NCBI GenBank assembly: GCA_051294375.1
Contig: CM119269.1
Coordinates: 4,918,686-4,982,685, forward strand
DNA length: 64,000 bases
Direction of reading: 5' to 3'
From: Paraspadella gotoi
Taxonomy: Eukaryota > Animalia > Chaetognatha
The notes beneath the pieces were generated by a model. It ran no database searches and was not told the DNA's origin. It saw nothing but the letters and a program-made list of their open reading frames with translations. The translations under genes were made by a program, and so were the position numbers. This document shows, in pieces, positions 27,268 to 40,114 of this stretch (the stretch's first letter is position 1; every line of letters starts with the position of its first letter).

Positions 27268-30200
27268 CTCTCTCTCTCATCTCTACTTCCGAACCATAAT
27301 CCCTTGCCAGAAGCGACCTATAACTTTTTTAGAAAAAAAAATAAATCAAATAAGAATTTTATAACTACTTATCTCATATGATAGTTTTAAGCCTTCGAGT
27401 AAAATAAAACTTTCGCTGGACGAATGTTAGTTAAACGAGGTAGTCTATTTAACACCCCGCCCCCCTTGCGCGCGTATCCCGAGCGGCCCTTTAACAAAAG
27501 AGCAATTTACTCGCCTACCTCCCTCCCTCCCTCATTCCTCCACTCTCGCTCTCCCCCTCGTTCCCTTCGTCTCCTTCTCCTCACTCCTCACTCCTCACTC
27601 CCTCTCTCTCCTCCACCCAAAAACACAGCGAACTGCGGAGTTGGAATTTTGATTTGCCATAGTATACTGGCTGAGGAGAGAGAGAGAGACGAGACTAGAG
27701 AGAGAGAGAGCAGCAGAGAGAGAGATAAATGATAGAGAAGAGAGAGAGCAGAATATATCGAAGGTAATGTAGATGAGGAGAGGGAGAGGAGAGTTATTTT
27801 ATTTTTTTATCAAGGCTACTTCACAAAAAAAAATACATAAGTAAAATAAACATTACGATAGGAATAGACACCGTTTTACATCACCGATACTATTTATGTT
27901 TAAGCAATCATTGTTCCAATGGGAATAAGAGAATTAAGAAAAAACAAAGAAACGGATCACGGATCACGTGTTTCTCCTTTCGCATATTTACTCAAAATCT
28001 CTTTTAAAAAAGATAATATAATCAAACCAGTAATTCTGCAATTTTTATAACAGGCCCAACATACTACTGATGTAGAGCGAAAGGGGTTCCGACGGACGCC
28101 GCGACTTCCGCAGCCGGACTTTACCTGTCGCCGTCCGAAGGAAACTCAATTTCTCCCTCTCGATGCAAATTGGATTACGCTAATTGCCCCTTCCTCCTCC
28201 GGCACCACCCCTTTCTCTCCCCCTTTTCTCTTCCCCCTCCTCTCCCCAATATCTCCACTCTTTACTCCTACTAATTCTGACGTGTTTTTCTTTCGCTCCT
28301 GATCTTTCGCTCCAGCTTTTTCACTTTTGCGCGATGCTCTTTTCTTTTTGCTCCTACTCGTCGGCTCATAATCTTTCGCTCCTTATCCCGTGCTCCAGCT
28401 CTTTTGCCGCTCCTTCTATTTTATTCTCTCTCTCCTCATAATCATAATCAAAGATTTCTCGTCACTTCTTTGTTTCGTTTTTTTTTTGGTTTTTTTTTTC
28501 GCTAAGAGAGAAAATTCATAATGATGGGCGGATAAACTGACCGACAGAAGGATACAAATATTACAAATATTACAAATATTACAAATATTACAAATAATAA
28601 TTTCTGATTAATTTATAATTCACGACTAGTGGCGTCCACATTATCTTCATTTAATTTTGGCCATACATTTTCCCCTCACTCTCTCCGCTCCTTTTTCTAC
28701 GTATTTTCCCTTTCCTTAATTTCCTTTTTCCATTATGTACCCTCTTCATCGGAAAATAAAAAAAAGAATTGAGGAATCGTATCGTCCGAGACGTCTCTCT
28801 TTTCCTATCAGTTATTGGTTGTCAATTTCTTCTTGTCATTTCTCTCTCGACCTGCTCTCCGTGTCGTTTACTTTTTTGTCCGATTTCCGCTTCATTTTCA
28901 GCCGAATCTCTTTTGTTTAATCCATGTTTACTTGAATTAATTTCTCTGTTACCTCAGCTAATATTCAGCTTTGCTTACCCTCTTACCCCTGTCCTTTCTG
29001 GAAGCTCTCAAACTTAAACATAAAACGCCTGCTATTTTTTTTAGTCTTCGATTTTCGGGATGTATTAAATAATATTTTTATATTCAACAATAAAAAACCA
29101 TTGTCCAAAAATTACAATTTGACATTAAAAGTTATTTAGCCGAAAAATATTTAACAACAATGCTTCGGCTTGCGCATCGCAATGAAAATATCATATTTTA
29201 CTTTTGCGAAAAATAACGAAAAAAGAACGTTGATATGTATGATCACATTTCCTGTCGTCCTTCGGAAGCAAAGTAGTTTTTCGCCACCTCCGCACCCCCC
29301 CCATCCTCGGCGATTTTTTTTTCTTCCCCCCTCGGCGCCGACGAAAGGGCGCCGCTTTGACGCCTGGCCGCCAAAATCATCAAGCGGGTACCGCGATATT
29401 GGCGGCGCNNNNNNNNNNNNNNNNNNNNNNNNNNNNNNNNNNNNNNNNNNNNNNNNNNNNNNNNNNNNNNNNNNNNNNNNNNNNNNNNNNNNNNNNNNNN
29501 NNNNNNNNNNNNNNNNNNNNNNNNNNNNNNNNNNNNNNNNNNNNNNNNNNNNNNNNNNNNNNNNNNNNNNNNNNNNNNNNNNNNNNNNNNNNNNNNNNNN
29601 NNNNNNNNNNNNNNNNNNNNNNNNNNNNNNNNNNNNNNNNNNNNNNNNNNNNNNNNNNNNNNNNNNNNNNNNNNNNNNNNNNNNNNNNNNNNNNNNNNNN
29701 NNNNNNNNNNNNNNNNNNNNNNNNNNNNNNNNNNNNNNNNNNNNNNNNNNNNNNNNNNNNNNNNNNNNNNNNNNNNNNNNNNNNNNNNNNNNNNNNNNNN
29801 NNNNNNNNNNNNNNNNNNNNNNNNNNNNNNNNNNNNNNNNNNNNNNNNNNNCTCTCTCTCGCAGGGGACCCGTGGTTTATGCGAAAATGGTCTTACGATC
29901 GCCCAGTTCCCAACATCGTCTGTTTTCGGGAAGAGAAACGGGAAAGTTTGTGCGGCGACTGCGAAAGGCGAGCGAATATAACTGCAGTCACAATAAAATA
30001 ATAATAGTGTGGCGAATAATCAAATCATTATATTTTGGCTAAAACAAGAAGATGGTTATTGAAAGACCAAAAAACAGGAAAGAGTAATAGAATGCTAAAA
30101 TTAAAAGGAAATAAAATAAAATAATTCAAAAAAGTTAATATGTTTAACTGACGAGAAAAAATGAACGAATGAAATTATAACGTACATAATGGGGGAAAAA

Positions 30201-30747
30201 AATTACCTAGAAAGAAAAGAAAAGAAAGAATGACAAAATAATCCCCTACTGATTCCTTTTTGCCCGAAGGGGGGACCATTCCAACTCATTCTCAATCTCT
30301 CCCTCGAAGAATGCCACGACGACGACGACGACGACGACGACGTCTAAAACACTTGGGTCGTGGAATTCAACGTCTTCTCCATCTCGGCATCGAAGACCGG
30401 ATTCTTCGCCGACGTCCGCACCGGGAAATTCGTGTCGTCGAGCTGCCGGTCGGCGGTGACCCGGCTTCGATCCGGCCCTCCCTTCGACGAAACAAAAGAT
30501 CTCATTGATGAGAAGAAAAAAATAGTTTCAAAATTTATTCATTTCATTTATAGGCGTAAAATCACTCGTATATTATTTCATTTTTGGAATTTTTAAGAAT
30601 TTTTGAGTGTATATATAACTCGAGAGCAGCAAAAATATGAAAAGAAAAAGATACAAGGAAGAATATCATTAGTTATTCAAAACAATTTTTAATCTATTCA
30701 GAGTTATTCTTTTATTCATTTGGGAGACACGAGGTTCTCGACCCAAG

Positions 30748-30816
<69 letters not shown>

Positions 30817-31096
30817 AAGCCTGAGTCTGAGGTCAACCACTTGCAACGGTCTTCTCTTTCACAGTGAAGCTTCTTTTTGGCATTCTTGTCTCAGTGATTT
30901 TGTGAAAAGCTGTCTCTTTATGTATTTGTATCGCATGAAAAAATATTAAGATTAATTGGCACGAAAAATTTGACGTTTCTCATTATAACAAAATTATCCA
31001 CTTTAGTAGGATATCCATTATTTAGTATATTATTATATTTTATTAAGCAATGAAATGTTCTTTCTAATTTCGCGTATGAATTCCTATGAATCTCAG

Positions 31097-31248
31097 GCAT
31101 GAATCTCTTCATTCGTATGATTTCTAGCCAGAGACATCCAAGTCCGTGCTCCCTTCGGATCGTCAACGACCGTCAACATGGACGGTGGAGGATCGCACAT
31201 TCGTCGTCAATCAAACGAATCCTTTGCAACTTTCCCACTGGTCATTAA
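31097..31248 (+). CDS. NAGPA: NAGPA-like later exon (frameshifted, noisy)
   Basis: The acceptor CAG|GC ATG AAT CTC TTC gives GMNLF, in phase with the exon ending at 32176. It is followed by VNMDGGGS..FVVNQT..NFP, the family N(L/M)DGGGS motif. Confidence 0.7.
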
Positions 31249-31330
31249 GTTATTTTAATTTTTACGTCAGTTATTGACATTCTTTGTTTGTTTTTGTTTA
31301 AGACAACGATTTTTTTTATTTTGAAAAACA

Positions 31331-31390
<60 letters not shown>

Positions 31391-31492
31391 CTCAGAATTA
31401 AACTGTCAAGTGTTGAAATATTTCAGTGTTTCGGCTGTTTTTAAAACCATTTTTCGTGCATTTTCTATCATTATTTACTTCTTGGTCGCCAG

Positions 31493-32176
31493 GCAACGCC
31501 TCACTCTCTTTCTCTCAACTCGTCGGTGGCGTTATTTGGGTCGTGAGACGAGGGAAGTCCTTCGTCGAAGAAAGCAAACGATTCGAAGATCCAGAGACTC
31601 AGGTTTTTGTTGTTGTTGTTCTTTTTTGGGGGGGGGTGATAGAAGGAATTAGAAATGGAGACGAAAAGAAATAAATATGGAAGAGAAAAAGGGGATAAAA
31701 TTAAATATATGTTCATTGATCAGTCATTTTGACTTCATGAAAATAAATCGAATGAAAAGAAATAATTAAATAAAAAAATTGGAAAAAATATTTAAAAAAT
31801 TGGAAACAAGAGTTTTTAAAAAAAAATAATAGGAATTTAAATAATTAAAACTTTTGAATGAAAGAAATGGCCACAAACTAAAGACCCAACTGAAAAAAGG
31901 GGTATTTTTTTAACCGTTTTCTGACACAAAGTTTGTCTAAGTTTAAATGCTACGTTTGTGACAAACGTAGCATTTAAACTTAGACGTTAATATAATCGTA
32001 AACACGTATTAAACGTAAGCTACACACTGTTTAGTAAAGAGTTCCCGCTTTTTTCCGGTAGGAGACTGGAACGTTGGACGATTTCATCAGCGTCAACGGT
32101 GGAAGGACGGCGGTCGGACACGACGCAGAGGGAAACGTCGTCGTCGTCGTCGTCGACGGTCGAACCCTCGTCAACG
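31493..32176 (+). CDS. NAGPA: NAGPA-like middle exons 31493-31602 and 32062-32176
   Basis: FSQLVGGVIWVVRRGKSFVEESKRFEDPETQ/ETGTLDDFISVNGGRTAVGHDAEGNVVVVVVDGRTLVNG matches FVQLLSGVVWLIRNG..Y..ES....DETQETG.F..FV.V.SARTAIGHD..G.L......DG.T...G. Confidence 0.85.
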
Positions 32177-32554
32177 GTGATTGGTGATTGGTTATTTGTG
32201 ATCGGTGGTTGGTTAGTTGATGATTAGTTCAGTCAGCATTACGAAAATATTTAACGTTTAAAAATCCTTTAATTGATACTAATTTATGAATGATAAAATG
32301 ATTCTTTTGGAATCCAAGGCTTGAATCAGTATTTCAGGCATGAATTTCTTTCTAATTTCGCGTATGAATTTCCTATGAATCTCAGGCGGCCCACTTCGGA
32401 ATCACGGAGCGGACGGGAAGATATTTACGGGGTACTTTGCCCACAGATTGTGGATGAGAGAGAGAGAGAGAGAGGAGGACGAGAGAGATGATGAGAGATG
32501 AGAGAGGACAGACGACAGACAGAATTTATGGTTCCAAATGAGAACCGGTGATTC

Positions 32555-32697
32555 TTCATGGCTCCTCTCCACACGTAGTTGCTCTTTTGTTCCAGATGTC
32601 GTGTTGTCCACAAGAAAAGGACTAAAGATAAACGGAAAAAAGGCAGGATCCTCCTGCTCTTCCCTCCTCCATGCTCTTCCTCCTTCTCATGTACTAG
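32555..32697. repeat. DIRS inverted terminal repeat (left)
   Basis: ...aggatcctcctgctcttccctcctccatgctcttcctccttctcatgtacta is an imperfect reverse complement of 37889-38032. Confidence 0.8.
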
Positions 32698-35600
32698 CTC
32701 AGCGAAATGCCGAACGCCTACGAAATCCTAGTCCACAAACCCATCTGAGAAGACTCCACGCCTGACTCCCGACAGTAATAACCTGGAAGAAGGTCGTGCT
32801 CCAGACCAATCCCCTGCCACGTAGAATTGACGTCCAGATCCACGCCTCTTGGCAAAAGCTTCCGATACAGCCTTAGCGGCGTGTCGAGCCAGGGGGTCGC
32901 GTTGATGTCTCATCTCCAAAGATCGACTTGAGAATCGATTGGAAAAACGTTTTGGATAGATAATGGACCCATTAAGGAGGCGATTGGAGAAGTAAAGGAG
33001 GAAATCGTGCTGATGGTCGCAAATCCTGACGAACACGAATGCCAAAAAACCAAAGCCAGAGACTGGCAACGACTTGACGCCATTGCAGTCTATTCCAAAC
33101 GAAAAAGCAGGACCAAGGACGACGAAGACTATCAGTTCTTGGACCAGTTGGAGGCACAAATACGAACATGGTCAGCAGCCAAATCCATGTGACCAGCGTC
33201 CACAACGAAGCGAAGCAACCTCAGAGGCCTTCTTGCAGGAGGCATGGCAAGGAGGAAAATGTGTACTCCTCAAAACATGAGTCGGAGAAATAGGTTGGTA
33301 GAGGTTCGAATGTTCAAAAACTCGCAGACTGGGCGACACTCCAAGCCTGGGAACATCCGCGCGAAGGATGGGCTTTTTGGATAGACACCCTCAGCAAAAC
33401 GGCGAGACCATAAGGATGTTGACCCACTGAGAGAACCTCACATGACGGCAAAGTTGCGAGATGCCGATCTTGTGCCAAATTTTCACTGTTTGCTATAAGA
33501 CAGACCGTCGTCGCTGTGTATGAGCGAGATACTCGAGAACGTTCCTTCAAAGCGGTCTGATTGTCCTCGAGCCCTTATCGCTTGAAATGGGTATAGTGAG
33601 TCAAAACATCGGCCAGACCTCTTTTCGTAACGTGATCTGTAGATCCCCTCCAGCTTGTCAGATATGAGTGATATAAAGCTGATGTTGAGGTTCTTGGAGA
33701 CCGTGCCGCCCTCCTATAATCCTTTCCCAGACGACCAACTTGAGGCGATCCAGAAAGCTTTGGAGGAGCATCCGTGGCTTTGTTCCAACACCAATTGACG
33801 ATGACTACGGGAGACGAAAATACTCATACACTTCCAATGATGTCAACAAACAGCGGAAACCACTTCTGGGCTGGCCAACTAATGGGCGTCACCAGGAGAA
33901 ATTCCCCCTGGGCCTCCCTTAACTTGAGGATCACCTCTGGGATCAATGGGAGGGGGGAACACGTAAGCCCTGGGCGAAAATCAAAATTGATGAGGCATCC
34001 AGTCCGAGAGAATCCTCCCTCCATCTTCAAGAGAAGTTAGCGAGGAACTTGTTGACGGCCGAGAGCGCCCGTCGCAAACAGAATCTCATCTGGGGCAAAC
34101 CCAGACGCGACGAAATTCTCGTCGAAAAACTTTGGGAGAGAAGATGGCCAATCCCTGAACAGCTCTTCGCGCTGATGCTTGGCATCCGCCGATCAAATTC
34201 TCCTCCGATGAAATGGTGCGTTCCCCCACAATTGTTGATCTTGCAGAGACTGAGCCAGAAGGAGAGAATCCCTGACAACTTCTGTGAAGATCCTGATGAG
34301 CGGCTGCAGGAGCCGGTAGACAAACCAGAGACACTAAGCTTGTCGGTCTTCCCACAAAAGATTGCAGCCCTGGATCTGCTGACCGATAGGAACGCAGGAA
34401 CTTGAGCAGACCATTGAACTTCCTTCTACAGTTATATGGAGATGGGCATCCACAACTTCCCAAATCCCCGGTGAAGAGCCCGCCCGAACAGGAAGACTCC
34501 CAACCCTCCTGGAGGCATCTTTCTCTGTTCTACTCCGCTGGCAAGTAATCCGGGAGAATCGGCGATCGGAGCAAAGCAATCCTGGATCTCGAGCTTTTGA
34601 CATCCAACGTAGCTCCATCTCGCCCGCCTCCGAAAGAAAGACTGTCTTCCCCATTATCCTTCTCCGTGGAGTAGACACGATTGAACGGTTCGCGTTTGAA
34701 TCCTTGCGCGCTCACTTTGAACGATTCCTATGAGCGCGGACGCCAATATGAGGCTGCGGTCACAGACCAGCAGGCGAAGAACCTTGAGGGCTGATGGAGT
34801 GGGCTCTAGCATGGGAGAGAGGGCGGGCCATCTCGCGAAGCTTGACAAAATCTTCGTCAAGGGAGCCGCCAACTCATTGGAAGCGCCCCGTCCCATTGCG
34901 AGGACCCAGAACTGAAAAACTTGCGTCTGGAAACCAAACTTGACTTCTTTGGGATGAATGATGAAGCCGCATCCTTTCAAGAGTCGAAGACTGTGAGAGT
35001 GTTCCACCAGACCTCCTCCTTGCGAGGTCCCAGTATCAGAATATCGTTCTATGTAGAAAAAGGCACCTGATGCCCCTCTTGCTGAGCCAGGCGACTAACG
35101 GGGCGTGTCGTCTTGGTTGAATAGCCAGGACGGTTGCAAACCGAAAGAAGGACCTTGTACATGATAAACGCGCCCTCTCCAAATGAAACGACAAAACTTG
35201 CGATGATCCACCATGAAGAGGCAAGTGAGGATAGGCGTCGCGCAAGACTCGATAGACGACGCCCAGTCCCCGGAAAGAACCATCTTCCGAACAATCCTTG
35301 ACAACCTTCATCCGGAAGTTAAGGAGGGACAATGATAGGACTTGTGAGCTCTTCAAATTTAGAATCGCGCCTCCATCCCCCATCTTTTTTGGGAACCAGA
35401 AATAATCTTGGAATTTAATACCTCCGATGAGCTCTACTCTCCTCTCACGGCACCCTTTTTCAAAGCTTTGGCGCTTATCTCGTCTGTCGTGGAGCGATGT
35501 CCCGTCCCCAAAAGAAGGGGTTGCTTCGTCCTGGAATGGATGTAGGCATTCTGGTAGGGAATCCTGTTCGCTTCCTGGCAATGAGGAATCCTTTCACGTT

Positions 35601-37888
35601 CTTGTAGATATAGAGAATCCTGTCCGCACCAAAATCGCCCAAAAAGGGACGAAGTTGTTGCAAAGCGCACCTCCACCGGGGAAGTGCGGAAGACGGGCCG
35701 ATGAGAAAGACAATAATCGAGTTCCTGGGACGGATCCAGGTCTTGATGTCCAATAGTGGCCGACGGCGACGGCCCGAGGGGCGTCATTAGCGAAGTCATT
35801 TGGAGTCCTTCGCGCCGCTCCCATCCCCCTTTCCCGAACGCCTAAAGACGCGGACTTGCCGGATAAAGGCTTGTAGGAACCTGCGACTTAGCAAATCCTC
35901 TTCCGCGGAAGCTGGCATTATTTTTGGGGCGGCGAAAAGCTTTGAGCCCCTTGAAAAGGAGAGAATGGATAGCCGCAGAAAACCTCTCGATCGATCGATT
36001 CCCAAAATAAAAATCCACAGAAGGAGGGGAATCCGTCAGTGTAGGCTTTAAGCCTCCTCGATGATAGACTGCTCACCATCCAGACCCGAAGATCAGCCCA
36101 AAGCCGAAATAAAGAAATCGCCGACAGAAGCTCACCTGATGGAAGCATGCCAAAGTCTCAAATCCAAAATCCACGTTTTCGGGATCTGCGCCAGAAGCTT
36201 AGAGAGACGCTAATTTGATAAATTTCAGGCCTTCTGCTAGGGTGTTGTGTAAGGACAGATTGAGCTACGGCCCCTGCATCTTCTCATAGAGCGAGTGAGC
36301 TGCTTGAAAAGAGGCGTCCGGATTTGGCGATCCCTTTGAAAACGGCATCAAATGTGCAAGAGACCACAAGTATTCTTTCATGGGAGGTCCCAAAAATCGC
36401 AGGGGAAGATCATCAACAATCGAGCATTAAATAGATTCTGCTTGACCGGCTCCCTAACCCTTGGCGAAGCGTCCCGGAAGAACAACAGAACGGCAGCTCC
36501 TCTCCATTGCTGACACACCATCCGAAGGAATGATTCTGCGCTCTTGGGCTTGCGCGAATACAAAGTCTCAATCCCACTGGAGCATCAGCCAAGGTGGAGA
36601 GAGTTCGCCTTCCTCCGAACAGCATGAATCCATCGTCCGGTGCAATGGCATTTGCAGAGCTGCTGATTGAGACGAAAACTAACTCCATACCCACTAGGAA
36701 GAGCGGCGTCACGCATGATCAAGTCTTTGGCGCAGAAGCGCGGACTTGATCACTGGAAACGAATCAGCCAGCAGCAGTAGGAGGTTGATGCGGAGACAAA
36801 AGGTGAAATTCCAGGAAGCCATGAACATCGTTACATGAAAAGAAAAAGAAAAAACGATTAAATAAGCGCAACCCCCAAAAAAAGACAAAAACCCCCAAGC
36901 CGCCCTCCACCACCGGTGGTTGCCAGTGCGTGGACGGCGGGAGACACCGTGAGTGGAGAGGAGCCATGAGAATCCCGGTTCCATTTGACACCATAAATTC
37001 ATCATGTTCTCCTCTCCACCACGTTAGTTCTGCTCCGTAGTAACAACGAGCGGCGAGGATCTAACAAACAATGGAAAAACACAAGCACAAGAGTCGAATT
37101 TGGTGGAGCGAAAATAATCGAAAAAATTTCACTAATGTATGCCAACAAAAAGGCAAAAAACACGAAATACCAGAAAACAGTCAACTCACCGTCCTGCACG
37201 AAGCCATATCCTGATCGCATGGACACGTGAAACTCCTTCCACTGCCTGCCCTGAAAGACAGGTGGAACTCCCTCTGTCATCATTGCCAAGTCTGATTCCG
37301 TCTTCAGCCTACGCGCCGACGTCTCTGGAAGGCGAATGCACCACTGTCTTCCTACCACCATCGCGAGTTCATAAGTCGGCTGCACCCGCCTGAGCCCACC
37401 AGGGAAAGGACCCAGCGCGGCAGTCGCGGACCCTCGGCGGCGCTCCTGCGGAATCGTTCACCCACGCGTCGAGAAACAAAGGCCGTTACCCGCGGAGGTG
37501 GAGGAGCGGAGACAGGCCCCCTAAACGTCGGGCGTCCGGAGCTCAGACCATCTTTCGCGGCTCGATGCCTCGCTTTTGACCGCTTTTTACGCGCCCGGGC
37601 TCGATTTCGGTTTCGCGAGACCTCGGACATCCTTGACAATAAACCCTAAACGACTTCCGAGATTTCACCCAAACTGAATCCGAACACACATCTCCGGAAG
37701 GGAAAAAGAATTTTCCGTTAGCTATCAAATTCATTCCAAAAAAATAATTTCAAAAAAAAATTTCAAAATTTTTCCAACAAAATTTCAAAATCCATATTCA
37801 CAAAAAACCTGTGAACGACAAGTCTGTGAACAAAAAAAGTGATTTCTTTGGCGTCTCGCTTATGCGCCGGGTCGTTGTTTGGGTGTTT

Positions 37889-38032
37889 TAGTATCTGAGA
37901 GGAGAAGAGCAGGAGGAGGAAGAGCAGGAGGATCCTGCTTTTCCGTCTTTTATCTCTTGTCCTTTCTCGTGGAAACACACATCTGAACAAACAGAGCAAC
38001 ACGTCGCGTGCCCGCACGAGGAGCGACATGAT
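37889..38032. repeat. DIRS inverted terminal repeat (right)
   Basis: tagtatctgagaggagaagagcaggaggaggaagagcaggaggatcctgc... pairs with 32555-32697. Confidence 0.8.
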
Positions 38033-39528
38033 GTAAAAAGTCGCAAAGGCACCTTAAAATTAAAAAAAAAAATTACCAATCTGGGTTGACCCGCGGTTCG
38101 GACCCTTTCCACGGTCATCTTCCCTTTTTCTTCATTGATCCGCTCATTTTTAAGGATCTTAGTTTTTTGGCGACTTTTTTTTTCTGACATCTTTGTTTTT
38201 ATGATAGATCGGCTCGTGTTGAAAAAAAACCCGAATTTCCACAATTGCTTTCTATTAAAAGAATTAAATTTAAGAGCAAATAATTATTTTGTTTTTTTGG
38301 TTTATGTGAATTATAAGCAAAGATAAATTGTAGTTTTGATGGCGCAGTAAGCTATCAATTCGGTCGCAACTTGTTGAAAAAGGTAAGCGTTTGCGAACCT
38401 TGACTTTTACGCTCTTTTAGTTAATTTCCGTCAAACAAACAATCATTGGATCGTTTAATCAATAAATCAATGAATCTGTCAATTAATAAGTAAATCAATC
38501 ATTCAATTAATCCGACCTACGGTCTTAGTCTTCATCTTCGGATCGCAAATCATCTAATCAAATTTTTTTCTCTGGCGACACAAATTGATCGACTGGTTTT
38601 TTCGTTTCGAAACCGAAATCCAAATTTGGAAAGTGACCCGACAAGATTTCTGCGAGTCGATGACATCCCTACCTCTACTCTGCCCCCCCGTTTACCCCCT
38701 CCCCCTTCACCACCACCTTTAGTTATTTTTTTTTACCGGCAAAACTCGGTCACCCGGTCGATGATCGATGGCAGAACCAGTTTTTCCATTTTCTCTTTCT
38801 CTTCTTTAAAGCGGAAGAATCGTTTCATTAATATGATTGTCTAACATTTTTTCTCCATCGTCGTTAAATTGAAATGAACTTTTTCGTATTCGTCCTCATT
38901 TTCATTTTTTTTGAGCGAACGACGCGAGTCGCGGAAACGTTCCAAGTAAGTGAAGTTAGTTTCCTCTTTTAAGAAGTTGAGATTTTTCGCTCTGGTCGTA
39001 AACACCGTTTGCGACTAAATTAAATTCTAGGGAAAAAAATTTCGGTTTTACGAAATAAGTGTGACGACAGCTACAACTTTCTTTCCCTCAGGTAACTTTG
39101 AAACAAACTTACACGAGCAGTCGAATCAATCCTGGATTTCCATACGAGGTGTGGAACGTTTTGTAGATTACGAAAGGAATTTATATAATTGCCGTAATAT
39201 GATAAAATTTACCTACATTGACTTCCCTGATCTGTGATTTTATTTTATCTGTGAATTCAGCTTCACCCAGTTTCACAAAAGGAGCATCTTTCTTATCACC
39301 GATTCGATCGAAAGTTTCCTAAAGGAGATTCGTTCAAAATCGTTCAGGTATTTTCTTCCGGTCTTGATATTTATGACATTTATAATAATATATACAAATA
39401 CAGTCTGTTTTGGAAAAAAGAAACTTAAGCCCTTTCTCTTCCGACCCCCCCCCAAAAAAAAAACAAACACGAAACTAAAACAAACTACGTAAACACAAAT
39501 AAATTAAACAAAAAAAAAACAAAAAAAG

Positions 39529-39833
39529 GGATTCATCGGCCGCGTGGGCAGAGGACATCGGACGGTCTCCGTCTTGGAAGCCGCCGTCGTCGGCGAAGGC
39601 TACGTCTCTTGGCGATCCTCCTCCTCCTCTTCCTCCTCCACCCCGACCACCGTGACCCGCCTCGGCTGCTCCGGGCGCGATCGGCGCCTCGTCCGGGAGA
39701 CGGCGTCGGCCGAGGGCTGCGTCGTCGCCGTCAACGCCGGCTTCTACGACTCGTACTCGGGAGCGTGCAAAGGGAACGTCGTGTCGGACGGACGACGCGT
39801 CGTGACGGACGAGGCGGTCATTTTCGGCGACCT
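39529..39833 (+). CDS. NAGPA: NAGPA-like (N-acetylglucosamine-1-phosphodiester alpha-N-acetylglucosaminidase), upstream exon
   Basis: GFIGRVGRGHRTVSVLEA...GCSGRDRRLVRETASAEGCVVAVNAGFYDSYSGACKGNVVSDGRRV matches the NAGPA segment RTFSVLEP..GC..RRATVEETA...C.VAQNGGFF....G.CLGNVVSD.RRV. Confidence 0.85.
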
Positions 39834-40114
39834 TGTATAACCACTTTTTTTGTTTCAAATTTGATAAACCCTTTTCATATTTTATACGATCTTGTTTGTT
39901 GTTTTTAATTTTAACAAATCCTTCAATTCCTCCTTTCAAAGAACAAACTTTTATTTTCATTTCTAAACTTTTTTTTAACCGTACAAGTCGCACAATTACT
40001 GTAAAATACATAAAAAACCGCAAGGGCGACCCATGGTTCGGACCTTTTCCATGGTCATCGTCTTTTTTTTTCCCTAAGAGATCCGCCAAATTGAAGGATT
40101 CTACCAATCAGGAG

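Larger units (their letters stand above)
32555..38032 (-). mobile_element. DIRS1-like tyrosine-recombinase retrotransposon, heavily frameshifted
   Basis: Minus-strand fragments occur in DIRS order. RT lies at ~35750-34950 (F.FPKK.G...AILNLK, GDWASSI/LRDAYPHLP, F.WRGRVY...PSFGL, PLVAWLSKRGIRC), followed by an RNase H-like region. A methyltransferase-like domain sits at ~33980-33850 (PLPLIPEVILKL...LLVTP.WPAQKWFP). A recombinase C-terminus sits at ~32900-32770 (STR..AVSEAFAK.V....GDWS). The element is bounded by ~140-bp inverted repeats. Confidence 0.85.

Noticed and set aside
391-28441. Many ORFs with poly-Ser/Leu-Ser/Arg-Glu/Ile/Asp/Phe runs or X stretches
   Set aside because: These are translations of microsatellites and N gaps, with no domain signal or credible splice structure.
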